Shown here: positions 12,950-25,302 of the stretch, one piece after another
Layout: the number at the start of each line of letters is the position of its first letter
Position numbering within the stretch: position 1 is the first letter of the stretch
Assembly (NCBI GenBank): GCA_030390025.1
Contig: CM059432.1
Location: 112,904,001-112,968,000, forward strand
From: Squalus acanthias
Taxonomy: Eukaryota
DNA: 64,000 bases
Direction: 5' to 3'
The notes under the pieces: model-generated
Told to the model about the DNA's origin: nothing
Seen by the model: only the letters and a program-made list of their open reading frames with translations
The model's database searches: none
Program-made: the position numbers and the translations under genes

Positions 12950-14663
12950 GACCAGAATTTTCCGGGGGGTCAGCGGGTGGGATCAGTGGTGGGTCGGGTG
13001 GGAAATTTGATTTTTTTGACAGCGGGTCGGGAACCCGCCGCAACGCGCCTTTCCCAATGTTGGGTCTGTCAGTGCTGAGCAGACCCGACCTGCAGCGGCG
13101 GGCAACCCAATTAAACTCATTAGCATCTAGTTGACAGATCATTAACAGGCTTTTATAACTTACCTTTAACTTCATGGCCATGGGAACCACACTGTTCGGG
13201 GACTTCGGCTGTCAACCTGAAGCGGGAGCTCAGTGCCCATCGCTCCAGCTGATTGCTCGACAGCTTCAAATTTACAGTAAAAGCTCCCACCTCACAGATC
13301 ATCACTTTCCTCGACCACAAGCTGTTTCTCAGTCTATTTCCAGCACAGATTCTGCAGGCTTTCCACTCTCCATCCACTCTCACCTCATTGGAAGAACTCT
13401 CTCACCATTGACAGATTGCTCCTGTCATCTCTGCTTCACCTGCCATCTGTTCCATCAACATGGGTGCCCTTTATACTCTCTCACCTTGGTCCTCAGAATC
13501 CCACCACGAGCAGCTCCAACACCAGCAGCACCAACAACAACACCAACCTTCTCTGCAATCACCTGATGCTACACAGGACAGAGGGCATCAGCACCCGACC
13601 ACATTGCTGTCGGGAGGCCAAGGATGGCCTCACCATGGCCAAATTTACTTCACTTGACGCTGTACACCCTAGCTGCCACATGATGTGCCAGGTTGGCACC
13701 ACCCCACACCAACACCATAAAGCATCCCTATAATGTCCAAGCCATTTCTTTCACACTCACCATCATTGCAGGGGTACCGTTATGTCTCACCAGCCACTTC
13801 TAAAGGTGCACACAAATCTGTCCAAGAACGGAAATTGTTGAAAATAAAGGTTTCAATGTTTGACAGCACATTAACAGAAACTTTACATGAACATTGCATA
13901 AAACATCCAAGTGCCTACTCTTGTGTGTTGTTAGTTGGTATGATTGCACGAGGATGAGGGTGAGTGTGAGGAGTGGCTAGTGAGATGGGGATGTGATAAT
14001 GTAGATAGAGAGAGAGGGATAGGTGGACGTGCAAGGTAAGTTGGTGTGAGTAAGGATGTGCAGGAGTAGGGTAGGGAAGGCAGAGTGATGGGGATGTTAT
14101 GAGAGGCACAGCAGGATGAAGGTAAGTGTGGCTTTGTACTAACATTTTGTGATCTAATGAGATCATTGAAAGGTTTGCGCCACTGCACTCAGGTCCTCCT
14201 GACGACATCCCTGCTTGTGACATCCTCTGCAATGTGCAACCAGGCTGTGTTGGTCTCCTAGGGAAGTCTCTTCCACCCATCGGAAGGGAAGAGGACCTCC
14301 CTGCATGCTCTGACTCCCTCCATAAGCATATGGAGGGAGTCATGGGAGAACCTGGGTGCAGCCCTGCACCTCTGTGCAGTGATTGTCAGTGTTTGCTGCA
14401 CTTCAGTGCTCTAGAACACTGACAGCACAAATGTTAAAAGAAAGTTGGCCATGGTCCCTTTAAGGAAACCGGCTGATGATGCGTCATGGATGACGTCACC
14501 AGACCCGCTTCCTCTAATTGGCCGGGGAAACGCACTGGGTGGGCTTAACAAGCCCTATCAATGGAAAATCATTTTCCAGTGCGGGGTGGAGCCAGCAGCG
14601 GGGTCAGGACCCACCACCAATGGCGCCCGCCCCGGACCTGCCGAGCTAAGGGAACTCTGGGCC
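12950..14663 (+). mobile_element. PIF/Harbinger copy B (family of copy A), internally deleted
   Basis: 13400-13600 is homologous to 9580-9800 (tctctcaccttggtcctcagaatc). Retains only the transposase N-terminus (13460-~13600) and Myb exon 1. Degenerate TIRs gaccagaattttcc and ggaactctgggcc. Confidence 0.8.
14143..14380 (-). pseudogene. Myb/SANT-like domain exon 1 of Harbinger copy B
   Basis: Minus-strand translation AAPRFSHDSLHMLMEGVRACREVLFPSDGWKRLP*ETNTAWLHIAEDVTSRDVVRRT*VQWRKPFNDLIRS, followed by a possible donor gttagt. Fits the PRFS...W..IA..V...R...Q.RK.FNDL pattern. Confidence 0.8.
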
Positions 14664-15038
14664 AAAGAGAGGGAAAGGAAGATTGGATTAAGAGAGAGAG
14701 AAGAAAAAGAGACAGAAAGAAAAAGTAAGAAAATATTGAAAAAACCTCTAGGAACAATTTACTACCTGCTGGAATAAGACTCCACAATTTCAATTATTCC
14801 CTGTCTGGGCCTCCAAGGTTGAGTGTCATGTCAGGACCATAAATCACATCATTAACAGGGTCCTTAAGAAATGAATTACCAGCCTTAAATGGCTGTGACG
14901 AGATTAATTTGTATTTGTATTTATATATCTAGCAATTTCATGACACACAATGTGGAGGCTGCAATTTCTTTGGATTGGTCAAGGCTAACGGAGGAGCTGC
15001 ACAAATTGTCCAGCAATTTGTGTCGAATCGAAACTGAT

Positions 15039-15640
15039 GGGGGGTAATTATAACCCCCAAAAATGGGTGGGTTTGGGTCGGGTGGATGGTTCAATAGTTA
15101 AAAATCTGAAACAGGAACCCAGACCTTGAACCCACCCACTTCCGGTTTTAACGGAGTCGTGATGGAGGGCAGGTGACCAATCCGCTCCTAGGAGGCTGTG
15201 TGCCTTCATGTTAACAGTGTTTTTATTTTTAACCCATGTTGGCCGATTTCCCAGCCCTCGGGAAACCCAGCAGGTAAAAGGAGACGAGAGGGTCGGATCA
15301 ATGAGGTAAGTGCCTTTACAGCACCGCTTGTGGGCCAGGAGGAGCAGGAGTGTTTCCCCCGGTGGAACAAGCTACCTTGTAAACCCCACTGCGATCAGTC
15401 TGCTCCCCCCCCCCCCCACCCCCCGTGATCGGATCCCTCTGACCACTATCTCCATCCCCCGTGTTCTCTCCCTCCGACCACGATCTCGCTCCCCTGACCT
15501 GCATCTCACTCCCCCCGACTACTATTTTCTGCTGGAACATGAATGTTCTGTACTGATCAAAATGGTGGCCTGGCAGCAAAGTTTCCAGAGTGAGCTATTT
15601 CTGGGACGAAGGCCATCTGTAAACATCTCCTATAGCTTGA
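15039..15640. mobile_element. Truncated Harbinger-like MITE (related to 26863-27330)
   Basis: ggggggtaattataaccccc start and gggccaggaggagcaggagtg block, both shared with 26863-27330. Confidence 0.5.
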
Positions 15641-15959
15641 TATAGTCGAATGGATCACAGGTGCATTGTGCCTCTTAACAGGTTCTAAACGTGCTTTACT
15701 GTCCCTATTAACAGGCCAGGTAGAGGACCTTCAAATGCATTGTGCGATGCTCCCATTGTGTATCCTGATGTTCTCATTAGCTGGTTACAGTTGTGTCCCA
15801 ATATCGCTGTTAAAAAGTTGTAAGTGCCCATTCTAAATTACAGGTGAATCTTAAATTCCTTATTAACAACTGAAAGGTATGTCCCAATATCCCTGCCAAC
15901 TTGATAAAAGTTTGTTCAGTTGTCCTTGCTGATAGGCTACAGGTATGGCCCATTAAAAT

Positions 15960-16680
15960 TTGCAGATGAATACTTGTAGCATAGTTTTGGACAGGTTGGA
16001 GTTTATGAAGGGTAGAGGATGGGATGCCAGCAAGAAGAGCTTTAGAGTAGTCAAGTCTGGAGATGACGAAGACATGCATAATGCATAAGGGTCTCAGTGG
16101 CTGAGAGACTAGGGTAGGGTTGGAGGCAGGCAATTCTATGGAGCTGGAAGTAAGTGGTCTTTGTGATGAATAGAATGGGTTTTAAAGTTCAGCTCAGGGT
16201 CAAGCAGGACACTGAGATTACAGATGGTCTGGTTTAACCTTGGAAAGGGGCAGGGAGAGGGATCGAGTCAGTAACAAGGGAGCAGAATTTCTGGCAGGGG
16301 ATGACGATGGATGCATTCAGGGACTCAAGAGAAGTGGTGGGGATGTAGAGCTGGGCATCATCAGTCATGTGAAGGCTGACCCTGTGCCTGTGGATGGTTT
16401 TGAAGAGGGGCAACAAGTTAGTAAGGAAGCAGAGACGGTTGAAAATAGATCCTTTAGGAACCCTGGAGGTGGTGGTGCGTGCAGGGGAGGGAAGAGAATC
16501 CATTGCTGGAGATGCTGTCGCTGCATTCAGATAGACAGCAATGGAATCGTCAAGGGCGCGCCCATGGAGCTGAATGACGGAGGAGGATGGCTTGGTCAAC
16601 TATACTAAACACTGTTTGAGGGCAAGGAGAGTTACACCACAATGGTAACAATCACAGAGGATGTCATTCACAATGTTAGC
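15960..16680 (-). mobile_element. L2-clade LINE fragment, degraded RT
   Basis: Minus ORFs give HVFVISRLDYSKALLAGIPSSTLHKLQPVQN and TSRVPKGSIF...DDAQLY, homologous to 30190-31941. Confidence 0.8.
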
Positions 16681-16682
16681 TA

Positions 16683-17133
16683 AAGAAAGAAAGACTTGCA
16701 TTTATATAGCACCTTTCACAACCACCGGATGTCCCAAAGCGCTTTACAGCCAATGAAGTACTTTTGAAGTGGTGTCACTGTTGTAATGTGGGAAACGCGG
16801 CAGCCAATTTGCGCACAGCAAGGTCCCACAAACAGCAATGTGATAATGACCAGATAATCTGTTTTTTTGCTATGTTGGTTGAGGGATAAATATTGACCAG
16901 GACACTGTGGATAACTCCCCTGCTCTTCTTCGAAATAGTGCCATGGGATCTTTTACACCCACCTGAGAGAGCAGACAGGGCCTCGGTTTAACGTCTCATC
17001 TGAAAGACAGCACTCCCAACAGTGCAGCGCTGGAGTATCAGCCTAGCTTTTATGTGCTCAAGTCCCTGGAGTAGGACTTGAACCCACAACTTTCTGACTC
17101 AGAGGCAAGTGTGCTACCAACTGAGCCACAGCT
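16683..17133 (-). mobile_element. Full-length Deu-SINE (SacSINE1-like)
   Basis: tRNA-like head on minus (gctgtggctcagttggtagc...gggttcaagtcc), core gtaaaagatcccatggcactatttcgaagaagagcagggg, L2-like tail ending in (tttc)n. Confidence 0.85.
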
Positions 17134-18029
17134 AAGGGCGTTTTGATGCTATAAGAATGGTGGAGACTAGAGGGATTTGTACAGGAAATTGCAGGAAAGA
17201 TGGATATGGAGCTCGGAGGTGATGACACGTTCAATGACCTTTTTATTTCCATTTGTACCACCTTTTCAGTTCCTTCAGTGTTGGCTTTCAGTTCCCTAGC
17301 AGTGACCTGAACCTCCATTCAGCTTCAATCCAATCTCACTTCCCTTGCTGACCGTTATTTTAAACAGAGCTTCAAGACTTCCCTAGCCGTAGCAAATGAC
17401 CGCCAGCCGCTAAAAGTACCAGCTCTGTTACACCTGTAGCTTTATCCGGATGAAGTTTCAGAATAATCAGGTGACTTATATCAAAATGTCTAGATCAGAA
17501 CAAAGTTCCATTTTCATAACCAAAACACTAGTTAAATCAACACTCATTATTCTACATACATTTTTGACAAAGGAACAAATTAGCCCCGTTATTTTTGCCC
17601 TTTCTTTCAGCCATATTTTTTTGGCCCAGTCTATTTCACAATTACATTAAGTTCCTAAATTACTTTTCTAAATCCCAGTTCTACCCTACAGATAATTATT
17701 TTCCTCGTAGATTTGTGCCCACAATAATAATATTAATAATTTATAGGTCTGAGAGCTTTTGGTCTACCCATTGTTGCTCCTTATTGCAACCTCCCATGTA
17801 TAGTTTGGAGGCAAATCACAACCAGTGCATAGAACAAATGAGAAATAAAGACAGGAAACTCTGGAAACATACACCAGGTCAATCAGTATTTGACACGGCA
17901 TTCATACCATAGATGTAGTGTCAGTGAAAAGTGGTTTTGCTTCGCACCAGCGCTGAGAAGTTGTAGTCTCAATCCAGTCAGACTCTGAAGTGGAGTGTGC
18001 CAGGGAGTCACTCCATTTCACTCCAGATC

Positions 18030-19155
18030 CAAGTCACCCCTGAAATGTAGACCTCTGCATCAGAATTAGCTGACCCTCTACCCAAGGTATTCAAGTGCAT
18101 TAGTGCCACTCGCATCAACCTGACAATGTGGAAAATTGCCCAGGTTACTGGGGGTTAAGAGGAAAATCTTTTTAAGTGATTAGAGTCATACCTGACATAC
18201 GGGGACAGAGTCATGATTGTTGAAGCCCAATCGTTGCAGCCGCAGGACATTGCTGCAGGAGTTCTTCAAGGCAACGTTATTTTGACCAGCATCTTCAATT
18301 TCTTTGTCAGTGACCTTCCCTCTATCACAAGATCAGGGCTGGGCTGTTTTCTAATAAATCCACATTCTTCAGCTCCATTCATAACTTCTCAAATAATGAA
18401 GCAACCCATGGCAGCCTACAGCAGGTCTTGGAAAACATGCGGGCTTGGGATAACAAGTGGCAGGTAACATTCACACTACATGAGTGCTGGGTAATGGCCT
18501 TCTTCAATAAGAAAAGGCCCAACCATCTATCCTGACCTTTGGCAGCACCACTATTGTCATGTCCCTCACCATCAACATATGTGGGATCACCATTGACCAG
18601 AAGTTGAACTAGACCAGCCATATCAACGCCATGGCTACAAGAACAGAGAAAAAGCTAGGTACTCTGCAATGAGTATTCACCTCCTGACCTCTCAGTGCCT
18701 CTCCAGCATCTACACGGTCCAAGTGTGATAGAATACTCACCAATCGCCTGGATGGGAGCAGCTGCAACAACACTCAAGAATCTTGACACCATCCAGGACA
18801 AAGCAGTTCACTTGATTGGCATCCCTGCCATAGGACTCAGTATCCACCCCCTCTACCACAGTGTACTGTGGCTGCAATATGTACGATCTACAGGATGTAC
18901 AGCAGCAACTCAGTAAATCTGCTCCAAGAGCAACTCCCAGCCCCCTGTCCTCCACCACCAAGAAGGACAAGAGCAGCAATGTTGAGGGAACATCATCACC
19001 TCCAAGTTCTCCTCCAAGTCACACACCATCCTGATTTGGATATAATCTGCGAATCCTTCATCATCACTGAGTCAAAATCTTGGAATTCCCTTCCTAACAT
19101 AATCATGTCGGCACATCACTGCAAGAAGTGAAGCAGTTCAAGAAGAATGTCTCAA
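18030..19155 (+). mobile_element. Degraded CR1-group LINE RT region with internal deletions
   Basis: Fragments MWKIAQV, DIAAGVLQG, GITIDQKLN, EYSPIAWMGAAATTLKNLDTIQDKAV. Same family as 43945-45091. Confidence 0.8.
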
Positions 19156-19812
19156 GGCACTTCACAGGAGCATTAACAGATAAAATTTGACACCAAGCCA
19201 CATAAAGAGATATTAGGACAGATGACCAAAAGATTGGTCAAAGAGGTTCAAAAGAGCGTCTTAAAGGAGGAGGGAAAGATAGAGAGGCAGAGAGATTTGC
19301 GGGGGGGGAATTCTAGAGCTTAGTGCCGAGGCAGCTAAAGGCACGGCCGCCAGTGGTGGAGTGAAGAAAATCAGGGAGAGGCCAGAACTAGAGGAACGCA
19401 GAGATCTCAGAGGGGTGTAGGAAGAGGTTACTGATATAGGGAGGAGCGAGGCCATGGAGGGATTTGAAAACAAGGATGAGAATTTTAAAATCGAGGCGTT
19501 GCCGGATTGGGAGCCAATGTAGGTCAGTGAGCACAGGGGTGATGAGTGCGAGTTAGGATACGTGCAGCAGAGTTTTGGATGAGCTCAAGTTTACGGAGGG
19601 TGCAAGGTGGGAGGCTGGCCAGAAGACCGTTGGAATAGTTGAGTCTGGAGGTAACAAAGACATGGATGAAGGTTTCAGCAGCAGATGAACTGAGGCAGGG
19701 GCGGAGACGGGCGATGTTATGGAGGTGGAAGTAGGTGGTCTAAGTGATGGAGCGGATATGTGGTCAACAGCTTAGATCGAGGCCAAATAGGGCAGCAACT
19801 TTGCAAACAGTC
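19156..19812 (-). mobile_element. L2-clade LINE 3' fragment
   Basis: Reverse complement is homologous to 31200-31830 (gatttgaaaacaaggatgagaattttaaaatcgaggcg). Confidence 0.8.
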
Positions 19813-22673
19813 CATAAATAAGTCTGTAACTGAGTCCGTAATATATGGATGATGGGGATGATGAGAAATGACAAATGGTCAAATGATCTCTGTAGGCAGG
19901 TATTGGGAAATGCCAGGGTTTTTTAAAAGTTATGGAGGACTATGTTGTCTGCTCACTGTGTCTAATGATATTGTAAATGCATTCTTTTAGAACTCATTTG
20001 GGATTTCAGGGGAAATCTTCCCACTATATTTATTTGCCACTGACACGTAACAACTAGAGGACATCTTCCCTCTAAAAAAAGTAATTAGAACTTGACTAGG
20101 CATATTTATAATGAGAATTGTTCAGGGCACGATAGGATATGATCGTGGTTATGGTACTGGATTAGCAACCCAGAGGTCAGGCGTTTAAATCCCACCATGG
20201 CAGGTTGTGAAATGTAATTCAATAAATCTAGTAATTTGTGGGCTAGCACAAAGTGACCATTTCTATTGAAGTCAATAGAAATAAGAATTGGGAGAGATGT
20301 GAAACGGGGCGCCGACTTGCTGTCACCTGTTTTACACTATCGCACCAAGTCAAAATCTATCCCATTGACTCAATGCTGTCAGGACAACCAAATCCCAAGA
20401 ACAAATATAAAATGTTCCAGTAAGTTGGCACACTAATAATCTAATAATTTCATATCTAGCCTGAACTCATAGGGTGAATTCTGCTCTCTTACTCTAGGGG
20501 TATCATTTTAATCTGTGTACTAATGTTGGTGAAAAATCTGCAAGCATAAATCGCCTGTCCCCACTTTATATTTATTCCAGCATTTTCACTGACAGAGGAA
20601 ACAATTATCCCTAATACGGCCTCATGAATGTAGTAAGGCTGCAGCACAAAACCGCCCATGGTTCTGCATTGCTTTAGAACATAAGAAAATGCACGACGAG
20701 GAAATGTCATTCAGCCTGTCAAGTATGTTCCTCACATAGTACCATTTGGGCGAGGTGCCAGAAAACTGCCGGCACCCGTGGAACTGTATCCCAGCATTAG
20801 CACCTGCAGGAGAGGAGGAGACAAGTAGCGGGGGGGGAAGAGAGAGTCATGAGCCACAGAAAGGTTAAGATCAAATTTATTAAATTGAATTGATTGTTGG
20901 GTTTTTTTGCAAAATAAGGGGAGCTGATCTCATGCAGTTTAAAAGCCATTAAACAAGGTAATTTGGAGGGAAAATTGTCCCAACTAATAACGGTGCTTTA
21001 AAAAAAAATTAAATAAAGTTACAAAATCTGCATCAGTGCTAGGTGATATTTACAATGTTTCTAAGCAGTAAAATTGCAGTCTTTTATTAAATTGTTTGGT
21101 GGTATGAGAATGTAAAAGTACTGTTGTCGTAATACTGCATGTTCCTTGTGCAAATGATTCGCTTACTTGCATGCAAAAGAGCAATTTCCTGTACTGATCT
21201 GTTTGATCAACTGACTAAGCCCTTATGATCAATAGAGAGACAGATGTCAGAGCCAGATGGGTACACTGTGATACCTAGGGCAAATTAGACCTGGTGAAGA
21301 AACCGAGTGACAGCAGAAAGGACAGCGGCTGTTCAGTTTAACACCACAATTTAATAAAATGTGACAAAAGGCAATTATGAATTATGATCGTAAATGATAC
21401 ACCTTAAATAAAGAATGACAACAACGTAAATGAGACACAATTTGCCATCGAAATATTTATAGCGAAGGCTTTTTGTGTTTTTCCTAACAGCAATGAAAAT
21501 AGAACAATTGCATGCTTGAGAATAAATTGCTACATTTCAGCCAAACAACTTCCTTTTTAATGATGTCCCTCACCTTTTATGTTTGCGTTGTGCAGTGGCT
21601 GGGTTTTTAATGCTGCTTCAGGCTTTTATTGAATTTAATTATTGAAGCAAAATAATATACATAATATCAGTCTTTGATGGGAAATAAGGTTGTCATTCAT
21701 AAGATTAATCTGTTGTAGATCTACATTTCAGTTCATTGCATACCTGTAATATTTTACTACGTTTATTAAAAGCATATTGCGATCTCGGAATCTTCTTTTG
21801 CTTTTCCCCTATTTTGAAGTGCAGTTTAAACAGGCTGGAGCTCTGAGACCTGAAAATGCAATTTTATCAGAATTTCTGTTCATTTTTTTAACAAAATGTA
21901 AGCCGTGGGTTGCTTGTAACAGAGCAAAGTGAAATGCAAAAAACAGTGAAATAAAGCTGAATGAAATGATAAATTCCAGCACTGCTCCCTCCCTTCATAA
22001 TGTACAAAGAGTGACATTAATTTGGCCCTCCCCAGTTTTTAGAATTTCTTCTCTTAAAATAAGTGCACACAAAAATAAGGACTGGTCAGTAAAGCAAATT
22101 ACTCATCCTTTAGATGATTGGAACAGAAGGGTGACTGTTAGTAATTTCACTAAAATAGCACCGGGGAGTCTATGGCCTAGAAATTTGATTGCATAGTGCC
22201 CGTTGTTTGGGCGCTACGGGTGCCATTTTGGGTCGAAAATGGCATCCGAGCTGCATGCGCATATTTCTGGTGCGGGCTGCGCCGGACGCCATCTTGGTGA
22301 GGACAGTAGCGTCGGCGCTGGGAGCGTGCACCAGAACTATGTAGAGTAGGCAGATCGTGACATCAAGCAGCGTGCAACACTGATTTGACGTCAGTGCTGC
22401 CATTTTCATCCTCAACGCTGGAACTACCGCTGTGTTAACCTCGCACAACTGAACATGTGTTCAGCAGCTGCAAGGACCCCCTGCCAGCGATATTTAAAGT
22501 GATCAACAACCACCCTAAGGTCAGTTGCTGATTAATTTCTACTGGTTCTGTGTAATTTTGTGGAAATGTTTGGAGCTTTCTAGAGTTTAAAGTCGGTGAG
22601 GTGACAGAGAGTGGTGCTGCAAATGACTTGCTTCTGACTTCAAGGGTTCTGGTCAGACCACTTGCTCCCAGTC

Positions 22674-23727
22674 ATGGATGCTCTAGTTGTGATCCCCTTG
22701 GCCTGCAGCATGACAGGGAGATGGAGCAGAGGCAGCGAAGAAGAGGACAAGCTGCTCGCAGAGGGAGCAGGAGGAGGGGAAGAAGGGCTCTCAGCAGGAG
22801 GCCTTACCCAGCTAGGGTCTTCCGAGAGCAATTCTCTTACCTCAGCCTGAGCCAGGAGCAGTGTGTGAGGCGTCTGCGCTTTACGAAGGAGGTGCTCACA
22901 GAACTCTGCCATCTTTTTCTTCCAGACCTGCAGCCTCACTCCAGGGCAAGGACAGCGCTGTGAACGTGACCGTGGCCCTGAATTTCCTCATGTTGGGATC
23001 CTTCCAGGCTGGAGCAGGCGACATCTGTAGCATCTCACAGTTTGCTGTCCCCTGCTGCATAAGAGAGGTGACAGACGCTCTTTATGCCAGGAGAAGGGAG
23101 TTCATTGTCTTCTCTCTGACCAGAGATGGGCAGGCGGAGCGTGCACATGGCTTTGCCAGGAAAGCGGTCTTACCCATGGTGCAGGCCGCCATTGACTGCA
23201 CGCACGTGGCTTTGCGGGCACCATATCTAAATGCTGAGATGTACCGCAACGGCAAAGGTTACCACTCGCTGAATGTGCAGTTGGTGTGCGACCATGCTCA
23301 GCACATCATGATGGTGAATGCCACGTATCCTGGCACCAGTCATGATGCTTTCATTCTGCGCCAGTCCGCTGTTCCCTCAGTCTTTGAGCCACCACAACAA
23401 ACCAGAGGGCAGCTACTGGGCGACAAGGGCTATCCGCTGACCACCTGGCTCATGACTCCGCTCCACAACCCAACCACACGTGGGAAGCACGCATACAATG
23501 CTGTTACACAGAATCTGATAAAGCAGACCATTGGCGTCCTTAAACCATGCTTCTGCTGCCTGGACCACTCTGGAGGAGTCCTGCAGTACTCACCAGAAAG
23601 TGTCTCACGATTCGTCATGGTCTGCTGCATGCTCCACAACCTCGCCATCATGAGGACCCAGCCCTTGCCACCAGGCATTCGGCGACCAGAGGAGGAGGAG
23701 GAAGCGGAAGTGGAGAACGGCTGCTGA
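22674..23727 (+). pseudogene. Harbinger (HARBI1-like) DDE transposase, frameshifted
   Basis: RPYPARVFREQFSYLSLSQEQCVRRLRF, frameshift near 22960, then [58 protein letters not shown]. The third catalytic residue reads K (IKQ instead of IEQ). Confidence 0.9.
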
Positions 23728-25302
23728 CTTTCAGTGGGGGAGACTGCAGATGGCCTTGCAGGATGATCTTGGCATGGGCGGCAGCAGTCTGGGCCGGCTG
23801 GCTGACAGGCAACAGCAAGGGCATTGGCGGAGTGGCAGGGGTGGGAGGATGAATGCTGTCACCCTGAGAGAGGACAGCAGGTTCGCCCTCTACGGAGCCA
23901 CTGCCACTCCCCCCAGGGCGGCGCCTCAGCATTCCTAACCATCTGTTGGAGGACAGATTGCTGGACTGCTGTGAAACCCTGCAAGCCCCTTGACACACTG
24001 GTAAACCCAGCCATGATGGCAGCTGTTTGAGCCTGCAGGACTTCAGTCTGAGCTTCCACTGCAGCACTCAGATGTTAGGTGGCTGCTGCTTGTGCTCCAA
24101 TGGGAGCAGAGACATCAGCCATCAGATGCTGCATCATGGTTGGGTTCACAGTGCGCTAATCGATCTTCCCACCACTTCCACGCTGCAAAGGATGGGCTCC
24201 AAGCTCTGAGCAAAGCCCTGTGCAAGGTTGGTGCCGGACTCCTCCATGCTCCTTGACATTGCACTCCAGCTTTCTGGCAGGCCTGCCAATGCACCAAGCA
24301 TTTCATTGTGCATACCCATCAGCGTTCGTCTGTAGGCCGCCCCATCGAGGTCCTCATCTGAGTCCTCTGCAGCAGAACACATGAGAGACCTTGCCCTCCG
24401 GGGAGCACTACCCTTTCCTGCATTGCCCAGGCTGCGGCCCACTCGTGCCCGGTGGCTCACCATGTGCAGATCCCGCCTCTAAGCTACCGTCTAAACTCCA
24501 TGCAGTTCCAGTATCTGAGCTGGTGGCTGCGAGTGTCAGATTGAGTGATGGTGTTTCTTCTTCTTTATCACTCACCTCTCCCTCTTCTTCTACAACCACT
24601 GGCTGGCCAAGTTGGATTTCTTGGGCATCTGAAATGACAAAGGCACAAGGGTAGTGTTGTGTTGAGGGAAGGGGGGGGAAGCAAGAGGTGTATGCTTACA
24701 CCATGTGCAGATTTCAAATCAGAAGAGATTGTGGGATGAGGGGTAAGTGGGATGTGAGAAGGAGGATAACGTATGAGGATACCGGCATCTTGTACTCTTT
24801 CAGCCCCACTGCTCGCAATGGGCTCAGTCATGCCCCTGCCGAGAATGGCCAGCACCGTCTCCTCCAACTGGGTGAGGTGATGCAGGCAAGCCTTCCTCCA
24901 CCAGTTAGGTTCTGCTTACGCCGGTTATACGCCCCCTTTTCCTGCAAGAGAAAGGGAAGTGTGTCAGTGAATGTTGTGCAATGTGTTTGGGTGATGTGCC
25001 TGTCATAGTTGAATAGCTGGCAGTGTGTACAAGCTGTGAGATGAGGGTGTGAGGGTGAGGTGAAGCTATGGTTGTGAGGTATGAGTCATGTTTGGTAGAG
25101 ATTGGGGTGTGGTGCATTGAGCAGTATGTGAGGCTAGTGGTGCAAATGGTGGGATATGGCAATTGAAGATGAATTCACTGACTTTGACCACTCATTGCAC
25201 TTTTGTCTGTTGCCTCCTCCTCGAGTTGACCTCCTGCACCTCCAAGGCCTCCAGTGGTGCATCAGAGAACCTTGGTGCACGCTGTCTCCCCTGTTGTGCC
25301 AT
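23700..25302 (-). pseudogene. Spliced Myb/SANT-like Harbinger accessory gene (exons ~25302-25183, 24941-24783, 24628-~23700)
   Basis: MAQQGRQRAPRFSDAPLEAL...VVK|gtcagt; ttctcttgcag|EKGAYNRRKQNLTGGG...LTQLEETVLAILGRG...|gtatcc; atttcag|DAQEIQLGQPVVVEEEGE...; coiled-coil-like tail. Internal deletion in exon 1 and frameshifts. Confidence 0.8.

Larger units (their letters stand above)
12668..15026. mobile_element. Older MITE (12668-12949 plus 14664-15026) split by Harbinger copy B
   Basis: Ends cccagaaattgctgga and tccagcaatttgtgtc. The purine-rich sequence cagaaagagaaata|aaagagagggaaagg resumes after the inner insertion. Confidence 0.6.
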
